From the IMG/VR virus record IMGVR_UViG_3300010370_000027: a stretch of 64,000 bases of DNA; one strand, written 5' to 3'. The notes under the pieces are model-generated. The model had not been told where the DNA came from. It did no database searches and saw nothing but the letters and a program-made list of their open reading frames with translations. Shown here in pieces: positions 27,267 to 35,574 of the stretch. This DNA is from a virus. Made by a program: the position numbers and the translations under genes. The number at the start of each line of letters is the position of its first letter. The first letter of the stretch is position 1.

Positions 27267-28933
27267 GAAGTCAATGTTGATCTTACATAAGTCCTAATCA
27301 AGTTTTCAACAGCGAGTCTCGAAGAAGCTATTTTTGACATAGTTTTCCACACACCTAGCTTCCCTTCTTTTCCAAGCCAATCTGGAAGATTCTTGATGAA
27401 TGACTTGGAGTCTCCCGAAGACAGATACTGGCGCATAGCTGTTCCGCTTACGCCTCCTGTTCCCGATCTCTTTACACCGGCAGCAAGTATTCTATCTTTT
27501 AGTTCAGGATTTTTCTGGGTTATGGTGTCTACTCGCTGCTGTGCCTCGTTTTCTCCTGCCGAGTCTATTCCTCCATAAAGCCTGACAATCGTCTTCTTTC
27601 CCCTGTTGACAAGATCACGAGCTACTAAAACTGCCTCTCTCATTGGAGAATCAGAGAATCTAATTACAACTTTATCTCCATATTCTTCTGATATGCCAGG
27701 AATATAATAGTCGCGCCAGAGAGGTATCATGTCCTCAGCAGTTATTTCCTCTCTGCCGCCAGTTGAAACAAAAATTATGATGGAGTCATTTCCGTCAGCA
27801 ATGGCTTGCTTAATGAGAGAGTCATGTCCAGAATGAAATGGCTTTGCAGCCATCGGAATGACAGCAACTTTATTCGCTCGATGCGTACCCGTGCTTAGAA
27901 GGCGCAATTTTGCTGTGAGAAGAATGTCTTCCTGTACATTTATCTTTGATTTTACTGGGTGTTCAGGCAAGTCTTCTAGGCTATAAGCAATACTAGAAAG
28001 TTTATCAAGCATCTCTTCTGGTTTGCCGCGGGGAAGATTGTCTAAAATTCCATCAACCAATTCATTAACAGCGCGCCAGTACAACGTCTCTTCGTCTGCG
28101 GTTCCTTTTGATCTGGCAGCCTTTGCCGCCCTGACATCTTTGCTATGCTGATCCGAAGCAAGAACTTTAATTAGTTGCTTTTCAGATACTTCATCGTCTC
28201 CTATTTGTATGACAACTCCCTCGGCAGCTCCGCCGAGGGAGGATTCTAACTGTGAAAAAGAATTTGCAGTTAGATTAACGATAGACATCGGATCAGAGAA
28301 GTCAGTACTATCAAAGCCCTGCTGAAATAAGCTCTTCAGCCCAGCATCAATGCATCCGTCAAGAATCGATTTGCGAGAAGACAGATTTCCGTCAAACACA
28401 ACAGGGAATGAACCAAGCTTTAACATCTTCCTGTAGGATTCAAGCTCTTCAGGTGAATCCACGAAGTTAGAAGAAGAAAATAGTTGACCTCTAGAAACAG
28501 CATATTTTGTAGGACCGAATCCTACCAAATACATGCCATGCTTTTTCGCATAGTCACGTGTAACTGTAGGCTTGTTCTGTACAAACTCTATAAAAAACTC
28601 AGTGTTAACCGGTATCTGCGATGTCCCTGGGTGAACTTTTTTCAGATGGTCATGAACAAATTTGTACTGTGACGTGCCAAGCGCTGTTGCCTTTATGTCC
28701 TTTTCTCTTTTTTCTAACCCCTTGAATTCCGTTGAATATATTACATTTCCCTTGTAGGAAACTATCCAGTTCTTGGAGTAATCTTTGGGATCAAAAGGAC
28801 TGTCGTTCCTTATAAGTGTCAGCTTAGTTCCGTCGATCTTTTCTACAGCGACTATGTGTTTTCTTATAAAGTCAGAAGCTTTTTTCGGGTTAGTAATTGC
28901 CTTTTGAAGGGCTTTGATCGATATGTCAAGCAT
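27263..28933 (-). CDS. Fusion of an ATP-dependent ligase-like nucleotidyltransferase with a HIGH-motif (cytidylyltransferase/NMNAT-like) domain
   Basis: EKIDGT (motif I), FIEF, EGVVI, IKV; then KPFHSGH and SGTAMR. Confidence 0.7.
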   Translation of the reverse strand: MLDISIKALQKAITNPKKASDFIRKHIVAVEKIDGTKLTLIRNDSPFDPKDYSKNWIVSYKGNVIYSTEFKGLEKREKDIKATALGTSQYKFVHDHLKKVHPGTSQIPVNTEFFIEFVQNKPTVTRDYAKKHGMYLVGFGPTKYAVSRGQLFSSSNFVDSPEELESYRKMLKLGSFPVVFDGNLSSRKSILDGCIDAGLKSLFQQGFDSTDFSDPMSIVNLTANSFSQLESSLGGAAEGVVIQIGDDEVSEKQLIKVLASDQHSKDVRAAKAARSKGTADEETLYWRAVNELVDGILDNLPRGKPEEMLDKLSSIAYSLEDLPEHPVKSKINVQEDILLTAKLRLLSTGTHRANKVAVIPMAAKPFHSGHDSLIKQAIADGNDSIIIFVSTGGREEITAEDMIPLWRDYYIPGISEEYGDKVVIRFSDSPMREAVLVARDLVNRGKKTIVRLYGGIDSAGENEAQQRVDTITQKNPELKDRILAAGVKRSGTGGVSGTAMRQYLSSGDSKSFIKNLPDWLGKEGKLGVWKTMSKIASSRLAVENLIRTYVRSTLTS

Positions 28934-30122
28934 CTAGCAAGTTTCTCCATATTCTCAAAGATTCTGATCTGACCTTGTAGGACTTATAATAGTCTTCTTG
29001 CAAGTCTTCGAGATGTCTGTCATGCTTTTGAAGAAAGGGAAATTTATTTCTAAATGCAGCTATTGCAGGCATCTTGGCTGACATGTCACCTTCAGAGCTT
29101 GTTGCGTCGAGGGCCTGGCCTTCTTTTCCATATAATTTAAATCCTATAAAGTCAAGGTATACTTCTTCAATCTGATTGTCGTCGAAGTGATCCTGCATTA
29201 ATTGCAGAAGGCCAAGGTAGGAATCTAGAAGATTCAGCTCATTTCCGACAGGATTGTCTCCAAAGAGCAGTCTAAAAATTTCTTTTTTCGATCTAACGTC
29301 ATCACCAGCAGGAATCTCCTTGTACGCCTCCATTCCGTTTACAATCACAGGTGTTCCGTCCTTGTGAAATTGCTGGGTAAACTTTGTTCTTAGGCCTTTG
29401 TCGACTGAAAATGAAAGAAGCCTTACAGGATTTGTGGTCTTCGACACCTTGACCTTTTCAGGTGGGTCGAGCGGACTCGTTCTTGTGAGAAGAACTACAT
29501 CTCGTTTCAGTGAAACAACTGTAGCAAGACATCTCAGAATATATTTGTGAAATACTCCTTTAATGCTGCTTTTTGTATCTTCCCAAGAAGAAGAGTGACC
29601 AAACTTTGCAAACTCGTTCGGAGATCCTGATTCATAGTCTACGGACTCAAAATCAATCTGAACATAAAGCTGAGGATTATTTCCGTCTGAATACGTGAAG
29701 AGACAATTGATCTGCTCTCCGCCAATACCTGCTTTTTTATCGACGTATGAAACCGAAGAATTTAGCTTCTTCCCTGTAATTTCATCAAGAAGCTCAAAAA
29801 GAGTCTTAAAGTTCTCCTTCGGAACTGTCAAGTCTATGTCGCCGAATGTTGGCTTGTATTCATTTATCTCTTCGTCAGAAAGTCTATTTCCGAATAAATG
29901 CTCAGAAGAACCATTGAATGCCTCTCCTGTGTTTAGTAGGGTATCACGAGTCTTTGCGGGCCAGATTGGTGTTCCAAACTTCTTCGCATGTAACTTGTCA
30001 AGAACTTTAAAAGCATCAACAAAAGACTTCTTAAACTGAGTCCTATCGATCTTTCTAAAGTCTGGTTTATCCACTCTGTAAGACTTGCCTGAAGGTCCCA
30101 CAATATTTACATTTCCGCCCAT
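28926..30122 (-). CDS. Pol-beta superfamily nucleotidyltransferase
   Basis: NGSS...GDIDL...VQIDF; KGVFHK; FSVDKGLR. Confidence 0.7.
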   Translation of the reverse strand: MGGNVNIVGPSGKSYRVDKPDFRKIDRTQFKKSFVDAFKVLDKLHAKKFGTPIWPAKTRDTLLNTGEAFNGSSEHLFGNRLSDEEINEYKPTFGDIDLTVPKENFKTLFELLDEITGKKLNSSVSYVDKKAGIGGEQINCLFTYSDGNNPQLYVQIDFESVDYESGSPNEFAKFGHSSSWEDTKSSIKGVFHKYILRCLATVVSLKRDVVLLTRTSPLDPPEKVKVSKTTNPVRLLSFSVDKGLRTKFTQQFHKDGTPVIVNGMEAYKEIPAGDDVRSKKEIFRLLFGDNPVGNELNLLDSYLGLLQLMQDHFDDNQIEEVYLDFIGFKLYGKEGQALDATSSEGDMSAKMPAIAAFRNKFPFLQKHDRHLEDLQEDYYKSYKVRSESLRIWRNLLDA

Positions 30123-30141
30123 GACCGTCCTTTATAGCGGA

Positions 30142-30148
30142 TAACTAT
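30142..30148 (-). promoter_or_regulatory. Putative late promoter ATAGTTA for the nucleotidyltransferase operon
   Basis: Upstream of AAGGA Shine-Dalgarno and ATG 30122. Confidence 0.55.
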
Positions 30149-30160
30149 ACAATCGACCTG

Positions 30161-31102
30161 TCAGACAACTGGGATAAAATCAATGGGATTGCATCCTTTT
30201 GGAACATACGATATGTTATTAATTCCTTTGACTTCCTGATTGTATGATTTTTCCGGAACCATGACTTTTACATCATGCTTGGCATATTCTGCAGCGTGCT
30301 TCGCAGAGTCATCGATTGCAAAGTACTTGCCTTTGCTGTAATACGGCTGCTTGGTGAGCCAAACAAACTTCTCTGGTGCGAAGGCAACTCCGTCTGCATC
30401 TATCTTGTTCATAGAGAGCCAGGCGTACGTATCATAAAAACAATTGAGCTCATTCTCAGGACGAGAAGTTATGATCTGAATCCAGTATCCTTGCGACTTG
30501 AGATGATTCAGCAGAGCGATATATGCTTCGTCCCTCTCTAGCAAAGCAAGACCGTGACAGTCTATGAACTCTTTGAAATATCCTTCGCTGTTAATGTCAA
30601 GCTTCTTAAACTCGCGAACGTTATAGTATTCATCACTTTCTGGGTCGATGAAATGACCGCATTTTCTCGATGACCAATCGCAGAAAGACTTTCTAAAATT
30701 TGCTAATACATCATCCATGTCGAAAAGAGCGACAGGCTGTTCACCATCCCAGCATCTTCCAGCCATCTTGTGTCTGTAGTGAAGAAAGCTGTTCTTTTGG
30801 TCCAGGGCAGCTGCAAAATTATTCGAGTCAATTCCCCACAGGTTAAGGATGGCTAGAATATATCGATAAGCATCGACTGTCTTGAAGAGGATCTTTGCTA
30901 TGTCTACGGGACCTTCTGAAGTTCTATGATCCTTATAGTTAACAGCTTCTACGATTCCTGTTGCCTCTGAGTGCAATGCAAGAACAAGCGTCTTTAAGTG
31001 TTCTTCTCTCTGTTTTTCAGTTAGCTTTGAAGAATCAAAGAAAAGATCAGAGAAGTCTTTTTGAGCTGCTAGAGATTCATCGAGATTATTCCAGTTAGGC
31101 AT
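30161..31102 (-). CDS. Fusion of a degenerate all-alpha NTP-pyrophosphatase domain with a HAD 5'-nucleotidase (NT5C-like)
   Basis: N-terminal HSEATGIVEAVNYKDH..VD; C-terminal FDMDDVL, ITSR, K, IDD. Confidence 0.78.
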   Translation of the reverse strand: MPNWNNLDESLAAQKDFSDLFFDSSKLTEKQREEHLKTLVLALHSEATGIVEAVNYKDHRTSEGPVDIAKILFKTVDAYRYILAILNLWGIDSNNFAAALDQKNSFLHYRHKMAGRCWDGEQPVALFDMDDVLANFRKSFCDWSSRKCGHFIDPESDEYYNVREFKKLDINSEGYFKEFIDCHGLALLERDEAYIALLNHLKSQGYWIQIITSRPENELNCFYDTYAWLSMNKIDADGVAFAPEKFVWLTKQPYYSKGKYFAIDDSAKHAAEYAKHDVKVMVPEKSYNQEVKGINNISYVPKGCNPIDFIPVV

Positions 31103-31479
31103 TAGTAGTCTTTCTTCAGCCTGTCATGAATGATACTGTCTTTTCTAGTATAAGCTTCAAACAACTCTTCTGCATCGATGCCTAGCATGACGAGGACAGA
31201 AAGAAAGTAATTGAACGCGTCTACATACTCTTCAAGAAAAGCTTCGTGATCAAAATCTGCAATCTCTGTCGTTCTATGTGGCTTCCAGTTCTTTAGATGC
31301 GCAAGAGACTCAAACATCTCCTCGACTCCCTTCAAAACTGTATCTCGAACAACTTGCTGAGACTCTTTCCTAGAAATGTCAACAGGCCACGATTGCAGAA
31401 CAGCAGGCCTCTTTGCAGCCAAGTCTCTCATAAACTTCTCTCGAAGCTCTAGCATCTTAGTAAGTTTGCAACTATCCAT
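31102..31479 (-). CDS. All-alpha NTP pyrophosphatase (dimeric dUTPase/dCTPase/MazG-like)
   Basis: EEMFESLAHLKNWKPH, EEYVDAFNYF, YTRKD..IHDR; start set at MDSCK. Confidence 0.8.
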   Translation of the reverse strand: MDSCKLTKMLELREKFMRDLAAKRPAVLQSWPVDISRKESQQVVRDTVLKGVEEMFESLAHLKNWKPHRTTEIADFDHEAFLEEYVDAFNYFLSVLVMLGIDAEELFEAYTRKDSIIHDRLKKDY

Positions 31480-31488
31480 ATCTGTTAG

Positions 31489-31528
31489 ATCATATAAACG
31501 TCCAAACAGTAAGTACAATGCATATTTA
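31489..31528. promoter_or_regulatory. Back-to-back promoters: sigma70-like on minus, ATATTTA on plus
   Basis: Minus TTGTAC-N18-TATGAT; plus ATATTTA at 31522-31528, 5 nt before ATG 31534. Confidence 0.62.
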
Positions 31529-31533
31529 GAAGT

Positions 31534-31872
31534 ATGAAGAGAAGCATCGTTGAAATAATACAGGAAAGATTCGGTGATCCTATTGGAAGTTACGCTGGTG
31601 ATGCGCCAGCAGGTGTTCGAAGCATTGATGAGAGCATCTGTCCCGAATGCGGCATGAAAGACTGCGAATGCGAACACACAAACGAAGCTGAGGCTTGCAC
31701 GCAATGTGGCTACATGAAAATCGAAGGATCTTGTGGTTGCACTCACCTCGACGAAGCAAAGAAGAAAAAGAGAGGTCTCTGGGCGAACATTCATGCCAGA
31801 CGCAAGGCAGGTAAACGTCCTAAGCGACCAGGAGAGAAGGGCTATCCTGAAACGTTAGACGTAACCAAATAA
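31534..31872 (+). CDS. Small Cys-rich/basic protein with shared leader
   Basis: ATATTTA 5 nt upstream; MKRSIVEIIQE; CPECG, CTQCG; GLWANIHARRK..PGEKGYP; followed by a terminator. Confidence 0.75.
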   Translation: MKRSIVEIIQERFGDPIGSYAGDAPAGVRSIDESICPECGMKDCECEHTNEAEACTQCGYMKIEGSCGCTHLDEAKKKKRGLWANIHARRKAGKRPKRPGEKGYPETLDVTK

Positions 31873-31873
31873 G

Positions 31874-31899
31874 AAACGGCCTCTTTCGAGGCCGTTTTT
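31874..31899. terminator. Bidirectional intrinsic terminator between convergent genes
   Basis: aaacggcctc-tttc-gaggccgttttt. Confidence 0.85.
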
Positions 31900-31909
31900 C
31901 GTTTTTAAT

Positions 31910-32476
31910 TTACTTCTTTTTCTTTGATTTTGACTTCTTTACAACCGCCCAAGATTTGGACGGATTGGCTGAGTTGACTCTTGCCATTGCCCACTGGTGC
32001 TGTGACATTCCCTTGCGTGAACCTGAAGTAGCCCAAGCAGCAAGCCCCTTTTTGTACTCTGCCTCTACAGAACCAGGAGTGAGACCTCGTTTCTCAGCTT
32101 TCTTCCTAAGGGTTTCTTTGGTCTTAGCAGAAAGAGCCTCATTTAAAACTTCAGATATGAGATCTTGAAGAAGCGCTATACCTTCTTTTGCAGACTCAGA
32201 ATCATCGCGTGGCTTACTCTTGAAGCCGGGTTTCTCACGCTCTTTCTCTTCCATGTCAGCCCGTAGTTTATAAGCTCGCTTCCTGTCTTCGGGATCATCG
32301 CTCTTTGCAAGCTCTTTCGCTCTGTCGAGGTCACGATCACGCTTTGTCCCCTGTTTTGCACCGTATTGTCTTGGGTGGGGCTTGTCTGAAGCATCTTTCT
32401 TCTTAGCTTCTTCTAGGGCATCTTTGATAAGGTTGCGAAGATCTTCCTCTGTCAATGATAGCTCTTCGTTCGACAT
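31910..32476 (-). CDS. Basic putative internal head protein (DUF5824-like C-terminal domain)
   Basis: Leader LTEEDLRNLIKDALEE; LRKKAEK..YKKGLAAW..QWAMARVNS. Confidence 0.65.
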   Translation of the reverse strand: MSNEELSLTEEDLRNLIKDALEEAKKKDASDKPHPRQYGAKQGTKRDRDLDRAKELAKSDDPEDRKRAYKLRADMEEKEREKPGFKSKPRDDSESAKEGIALLQDLISEVLNEALSAKTKETLRKKAEKRGLTPGSVEAEYKKGLAAWATSGSRKGMSQHQWAMARVNSANPSKSWAVVKKSKSKKKK

Positions 32477-32477
32477 T

Positions 32478-33092
32478 TCACTTCTCGCTTGGCCACTTTC
32501 CTGTGGCCTTGTGCATCATCCAAGCTGCTGCCGCCTCTGGTTCATCAGCCCACTTCTCAACCTTCTTAACCTTGTCTTTGAAGGTCTTTGTTCCCTTTAG
32601 TATCTTCTGTGCAGTCTTCTTGGAAGGTCCCTTAGATTTCGCTTCAGCGTGCACCTCGTGCTCGTGCTCGTCTTCCTCGCCGTATGCTTCGAGATTCGCA
32701 TCGCCAGTAAGATAACCGTGAACCTGCTGAAGATTCTCGTGAGCAACTGCTATGTGGCTTTGTACCCATCCGGGAAGCTGATCATCATAATCGAGAAGCT
32801 CGCAGATGTCATGCGCCATCTCCTTCATTGAAGAGAGCTGTGACTTTGCCATGTATCCTTCGTCATCTTGAGCAGCACCATGCTCAGAACCGTGTAGAAA
32901 TCGATCATCATCATCAAAATCAACAGCAGGTTCATGATCGTCCCCGGCGACGTAACCCCAGTTTCCGTTCTTCCAGGCTGCCATCTCATCTTCTGTGATG
33001 CGAGTCATTGCTTCTGTAAGATTCTTCTTTGGCTTTATCTTAGAAATCTCCTCTGAGATAATCTTTCTAAGCATCGATGCTGTAAGCTTCAT
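32478..33092 (-). CDS. Putative internal head protein with shared leader
   Basis: MKLTASMLRKIISEE; EGYMAKSQL..LPGWVQSHI. Confidence 0.65.
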   Translation of the reverse strand: MKLTASMLRKIISEEISKIKPKKNLTEAMTRITEDEMAAWKNGNWGYVAGDDHEPAVDFDDDDRFLHGSEHGAAQDDEGYMAKSQLSSMKEMAHDICELLDYDDQLPGWVQSHIAVAHENLQQVHGYLTGDANLEAYGEEDEHEHEVHAEAKSKGPSKKTAQKILKGTKTFKDKVKKVEKWADEPEAAAAWMMHKATGKWPSEK

Positions 33093-33640
33093 TGTGGCAT
33101 AATCCTTTGTTTGAGGAGATAGATGTGTCCTTCATGCTTGTCCTCGATTCCAGCGAGAAGGTTGTCGAGTCCACGGGACATAGTGCCGTTCGCCTTGAGA
33201 TGCTCCGCTAGATGAGCAGCAGCCTTAAGGAAGTTCATCTCAGCGAGGTAGGAACGCTTAGCAAGTTCGGTGGGCTGTGGAATCGTGGCAGTCATTCCAT
33301 ATCCCTGAAGTAGCTGGCATAGCTGCTTGTGCTGAAGGACGACGTCCACGTTCGAAGTGCAACCGAGACCGATGGCTTTTTCTGCAAGAGAGTCAATGTC
33401 TGCTGCAGTAGCCTCATAGATTCGAGAGAAGAGGAGATGATCTCCGTAGAAAGGATCGCCCTTCGTGATCCAGTGATGATTCTGGTGGACTGCAGCGAGG
33501 AACTTGAGGTGGACGAGGAGGACAGAGAGCTCTGGGTACGGAACTCCTCCCCACTCTGAAACCATGTTCTCTGTGATGATGTCGAGGTTGGGTTCCACGA
33601 CAAGAGCCATCTCAAGGGTTTCTACGAGTCTTTTCTTCAT
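33089..33640 (-). CDS. dps: Dps/ferritin-like protein
   Basis: HQNHHW..KG..FYGDHLLF..IY....D.LAEK; HEGHIYLL. Confidence 0.8.
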   Translation of the reverse strand: MKKRLVETLEMALVVEPNLDIITENMVSEWGGVPYPELSVLLVHLKFLAAVHQNHHWITKGDPFYGDHLLFSRIYEATAADIDSLAEKAIGLGCTSNVDVVLQHKQLCQLLQGYGMTATIPQPTELAKRSYLAEMNFLKAAAHLAEHLKANGTMSRGLDNLLAGIEDKHEGHIYLLKQRIMPQ

Positions 33641-34794
33641 TACTTAAGCTCCAGGTTGAATCCGACCATATTGATGCCAGATCCGTGGGGTCCCCACGAA
33701 AGTCTATAAGGTTCTCCTGCAAGTGCCTGTCTCTTATTCCATGAATCTACATATCGATCAAGAGCCTGCTCAACCACGGAGGTCATCGAACCACCAGGTA
33801 TCTTGCCATTAACTGGGACGAGAGTTTCAACGTGACTCCCTTCACCAAGCCTGTACTTCTTTATTCCGCTTGGAACACTCGACTTCTTTACGGAAAATAA
33901 TCTTTCAGCTTCGTCGACGTACTGCGCCGTAGAATAGTTCGATTCCAGTAGATCGACAACGGGGTCTCTCACGTCTTCTTCTACGATAGGCATAACTGAA
34001 GAATCAAGATACGACTCTTTCATGAGACGGCGAGCAATTGCTCTGAGAGATCCCTCACCGAGGACCTCGTCTTCTCTTTCCTTTATGCAGTCATAGATAG
34101 AATTGAGAAGCTTGTCTCTGTCGAGCTTGACGCCGGTCGTAGAGTAGTGACTCGCGACTATTCGTGTTGCGATGGTCTCTTCCCAGTTTCCTTCAAGGTT
34201 TCCACCGTAGTCACTACAAATCTTGTGTGCAAGACGCTTATACCAAGTATCTGGTAGGTCCTTGTCGCTCTTGTGTGTTTTAACTGAATCTCCGAGCGGC
34301 TCTTCACCGTACATGTCAAAAGGCTCGTCTACTTCTTCTGGATCTGGGAGACCGGCTTCTTGCAGCTTCTTCTGCCTGGCTATCGTGAGAAGCTGATCGT
34401 CATTTGGAAACTTTTTGATTGACTCCCTTATTGCCTCGTAAGGCAAGCGCTTGGCAGCTGCGCATCTAACAGAAGAAGAAGGATCTTCGAGGAGTCTAAC
34501 AACCATTTTTTCAGGAAGAAGACGAGCAGCAACTTTTCTCAGTGCTGCAGAATTGCTTATAGAAGCCTCTATAAGGACAGACGTCTTGACGCTGCCTCGC
34601 TGAACCTCTCTTCTAAAGGCTTCAGAAAGATCGAGTTGTTCATTAACTGCCTCTGCAACTCTATCACAATTTTTTGATACCATCACTGGTGGACCGAAAA
34701 CGCGGAAAAACTCTTCGCGAATTGTCGCATACTTCTGTTCTTCTTTTATCGTTTTCTTTGCTACTTGCTGCAGCTCTTTAAGCTTCAGATGCAT
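33640..34794 (-). CDS. Leader-bearing protein with short HEAT-like repeats
   Basis: MHLKLKELQQVAKKTIKEE; LRKVAARLLP and VRCAAAKRLP. Confidence 0.65.
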   Translation of the reverse strand: MHLKLKELQQVAKKTIKEEQKYATIREEFFRVFGPPVMVSKNCDRVAEAVNEQLDLSEAFRREVQRGSVKTSVLIEASISNSAALRKVAARLLPEKMVVRLLEDPSSSVRCAAAKRLPYEAIRESIKKFPNDDQLLTIARQKKLQEAGLPDPEEVDEPFDMYGEEPLGDSVKTHKSDKDLPDTWYKRLAHKICSDYGGNLEGNWEETIATRIVASHYSTTGVKLDRDKLLNSIYDCIKEREDEVLGEGSLRAIARRLMKESYLDSSVMPIVEEDVRDPVVDLLESNYSTAQYVDEAERLFSVKKSSVPSGIKKYRLGEGSHVETLVPVNGKIPGGSMTSVVEQALDRYVDSWNKRQALAGEPYRLSWGPHGSGINMVGFNLELK

Positions 34795-34844
34795 ATTGAA
34801 AAGACTCCTAGCTCCTAAGTATTAAGCGTCCATAAAATCATACG

Positions 34845-35039
34845 CTATTTAGTGGACAACTTCATGTCTTTGGCCCAAGATAATATCTTTTTCTTTGCAG
34901 AATCTCTAACAAAGACGCTTTTTTCCTTAAATTTGGGATCACTTAAAAGCTCTTCAGTATACCCTTCTTCGGGTTGAGATCCTGCCATCTCAATTTCTTC
35001 TCTGATTATCTTTCTTAGATCACTCAATTTTATTTTCAT
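34845..35039 (-). CDS. Small protein with shared leader
   Basis: MKIKLSDLRKIIREE; ATAGTTA 5 nt upstream. Confidence 0.7.
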   Translation of the reverse strand: MKIKLSDLRKIIREEIEMAGSQPEEGYTEELLSDPKFKEKSVFVRDSAKKKILSWAKDMKLSTK

Positions 35040-35043
35040 GTAG

Positions 35044-35574
35044 CTAACTATCTAACGAAAAGAAAGAAGTCCAGTCAGGATGCCAAGTTCCTGTCGGGCT
35101 AACGTCCCAGAAGTGATTCATTAGAGGAATAGTAGGAGCCTTTCTAAGATGCATTCCAGACTCAGCAAGAAGCCTAGAGCCTTTCTTTAGATTGCACCTC
35201 TTGCAAGCAGAGACACAGTTTTTCCAGTCAGTTCCACCGCCTTTGGAGCGAGGCAATACGTGGTCAATTGTGATCGTCTTGTAATCAAGATTTATTCCGC
35301 AATATTGGCACTGCCAGTTATCACGATTAAATAGAACTCTTTTTCTAAACCTTGGTGTAGAGTATTTTCGTGTTACGCGGTCCAAAAGTCTAACAGTTGC
35401 AGGAACCCTATAGGCTTTGCCTGGTGATGTGTATATTTCGTCCCAAGAGCTTGACTGCTCTCCCATTATTATGACTTCTGCTCTTCCCTTGAAGAGGAGA
35501 TTAAGGGCCCGGATTGAGGACACAAAATTTAGCGGAGTCCAGTCGGCGTTAAGAAGTAATACATTTCTTTTCAT
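35044..35574 (-). CDS. HNH endonuclease (McrA-like)
   Basis: VLLLNAD, RD..CQYCG, TIDHVLPRSKGG..W.NCV.AC..CN..K. Confidence 0.92.
   Translation of the reverse strand: MKRNVLLLNADWTPLNFVSSIRALNLLFKGRAEVIIMGEQSSSWDEIYTSPGKAYRVPATVRLLDRVTRKYSTPRFRKRVLFNRDNWQCQYCGINLDYKTITIDHVLPRSKGGGTDWKNCVSACKRCNLKKGSRLLAESGMHLRKAPTIPLMNHFWDVSPTGTWHPDWTSFFSLDS

Noticed and set aside
31480-31794. N-terminal extension of the 31102 ORF to 230 aa
   Set aside because: Overlaps the real plus-strand gene and the divergent promoters; the NTP-pyrophosphatase domain starts at 31479
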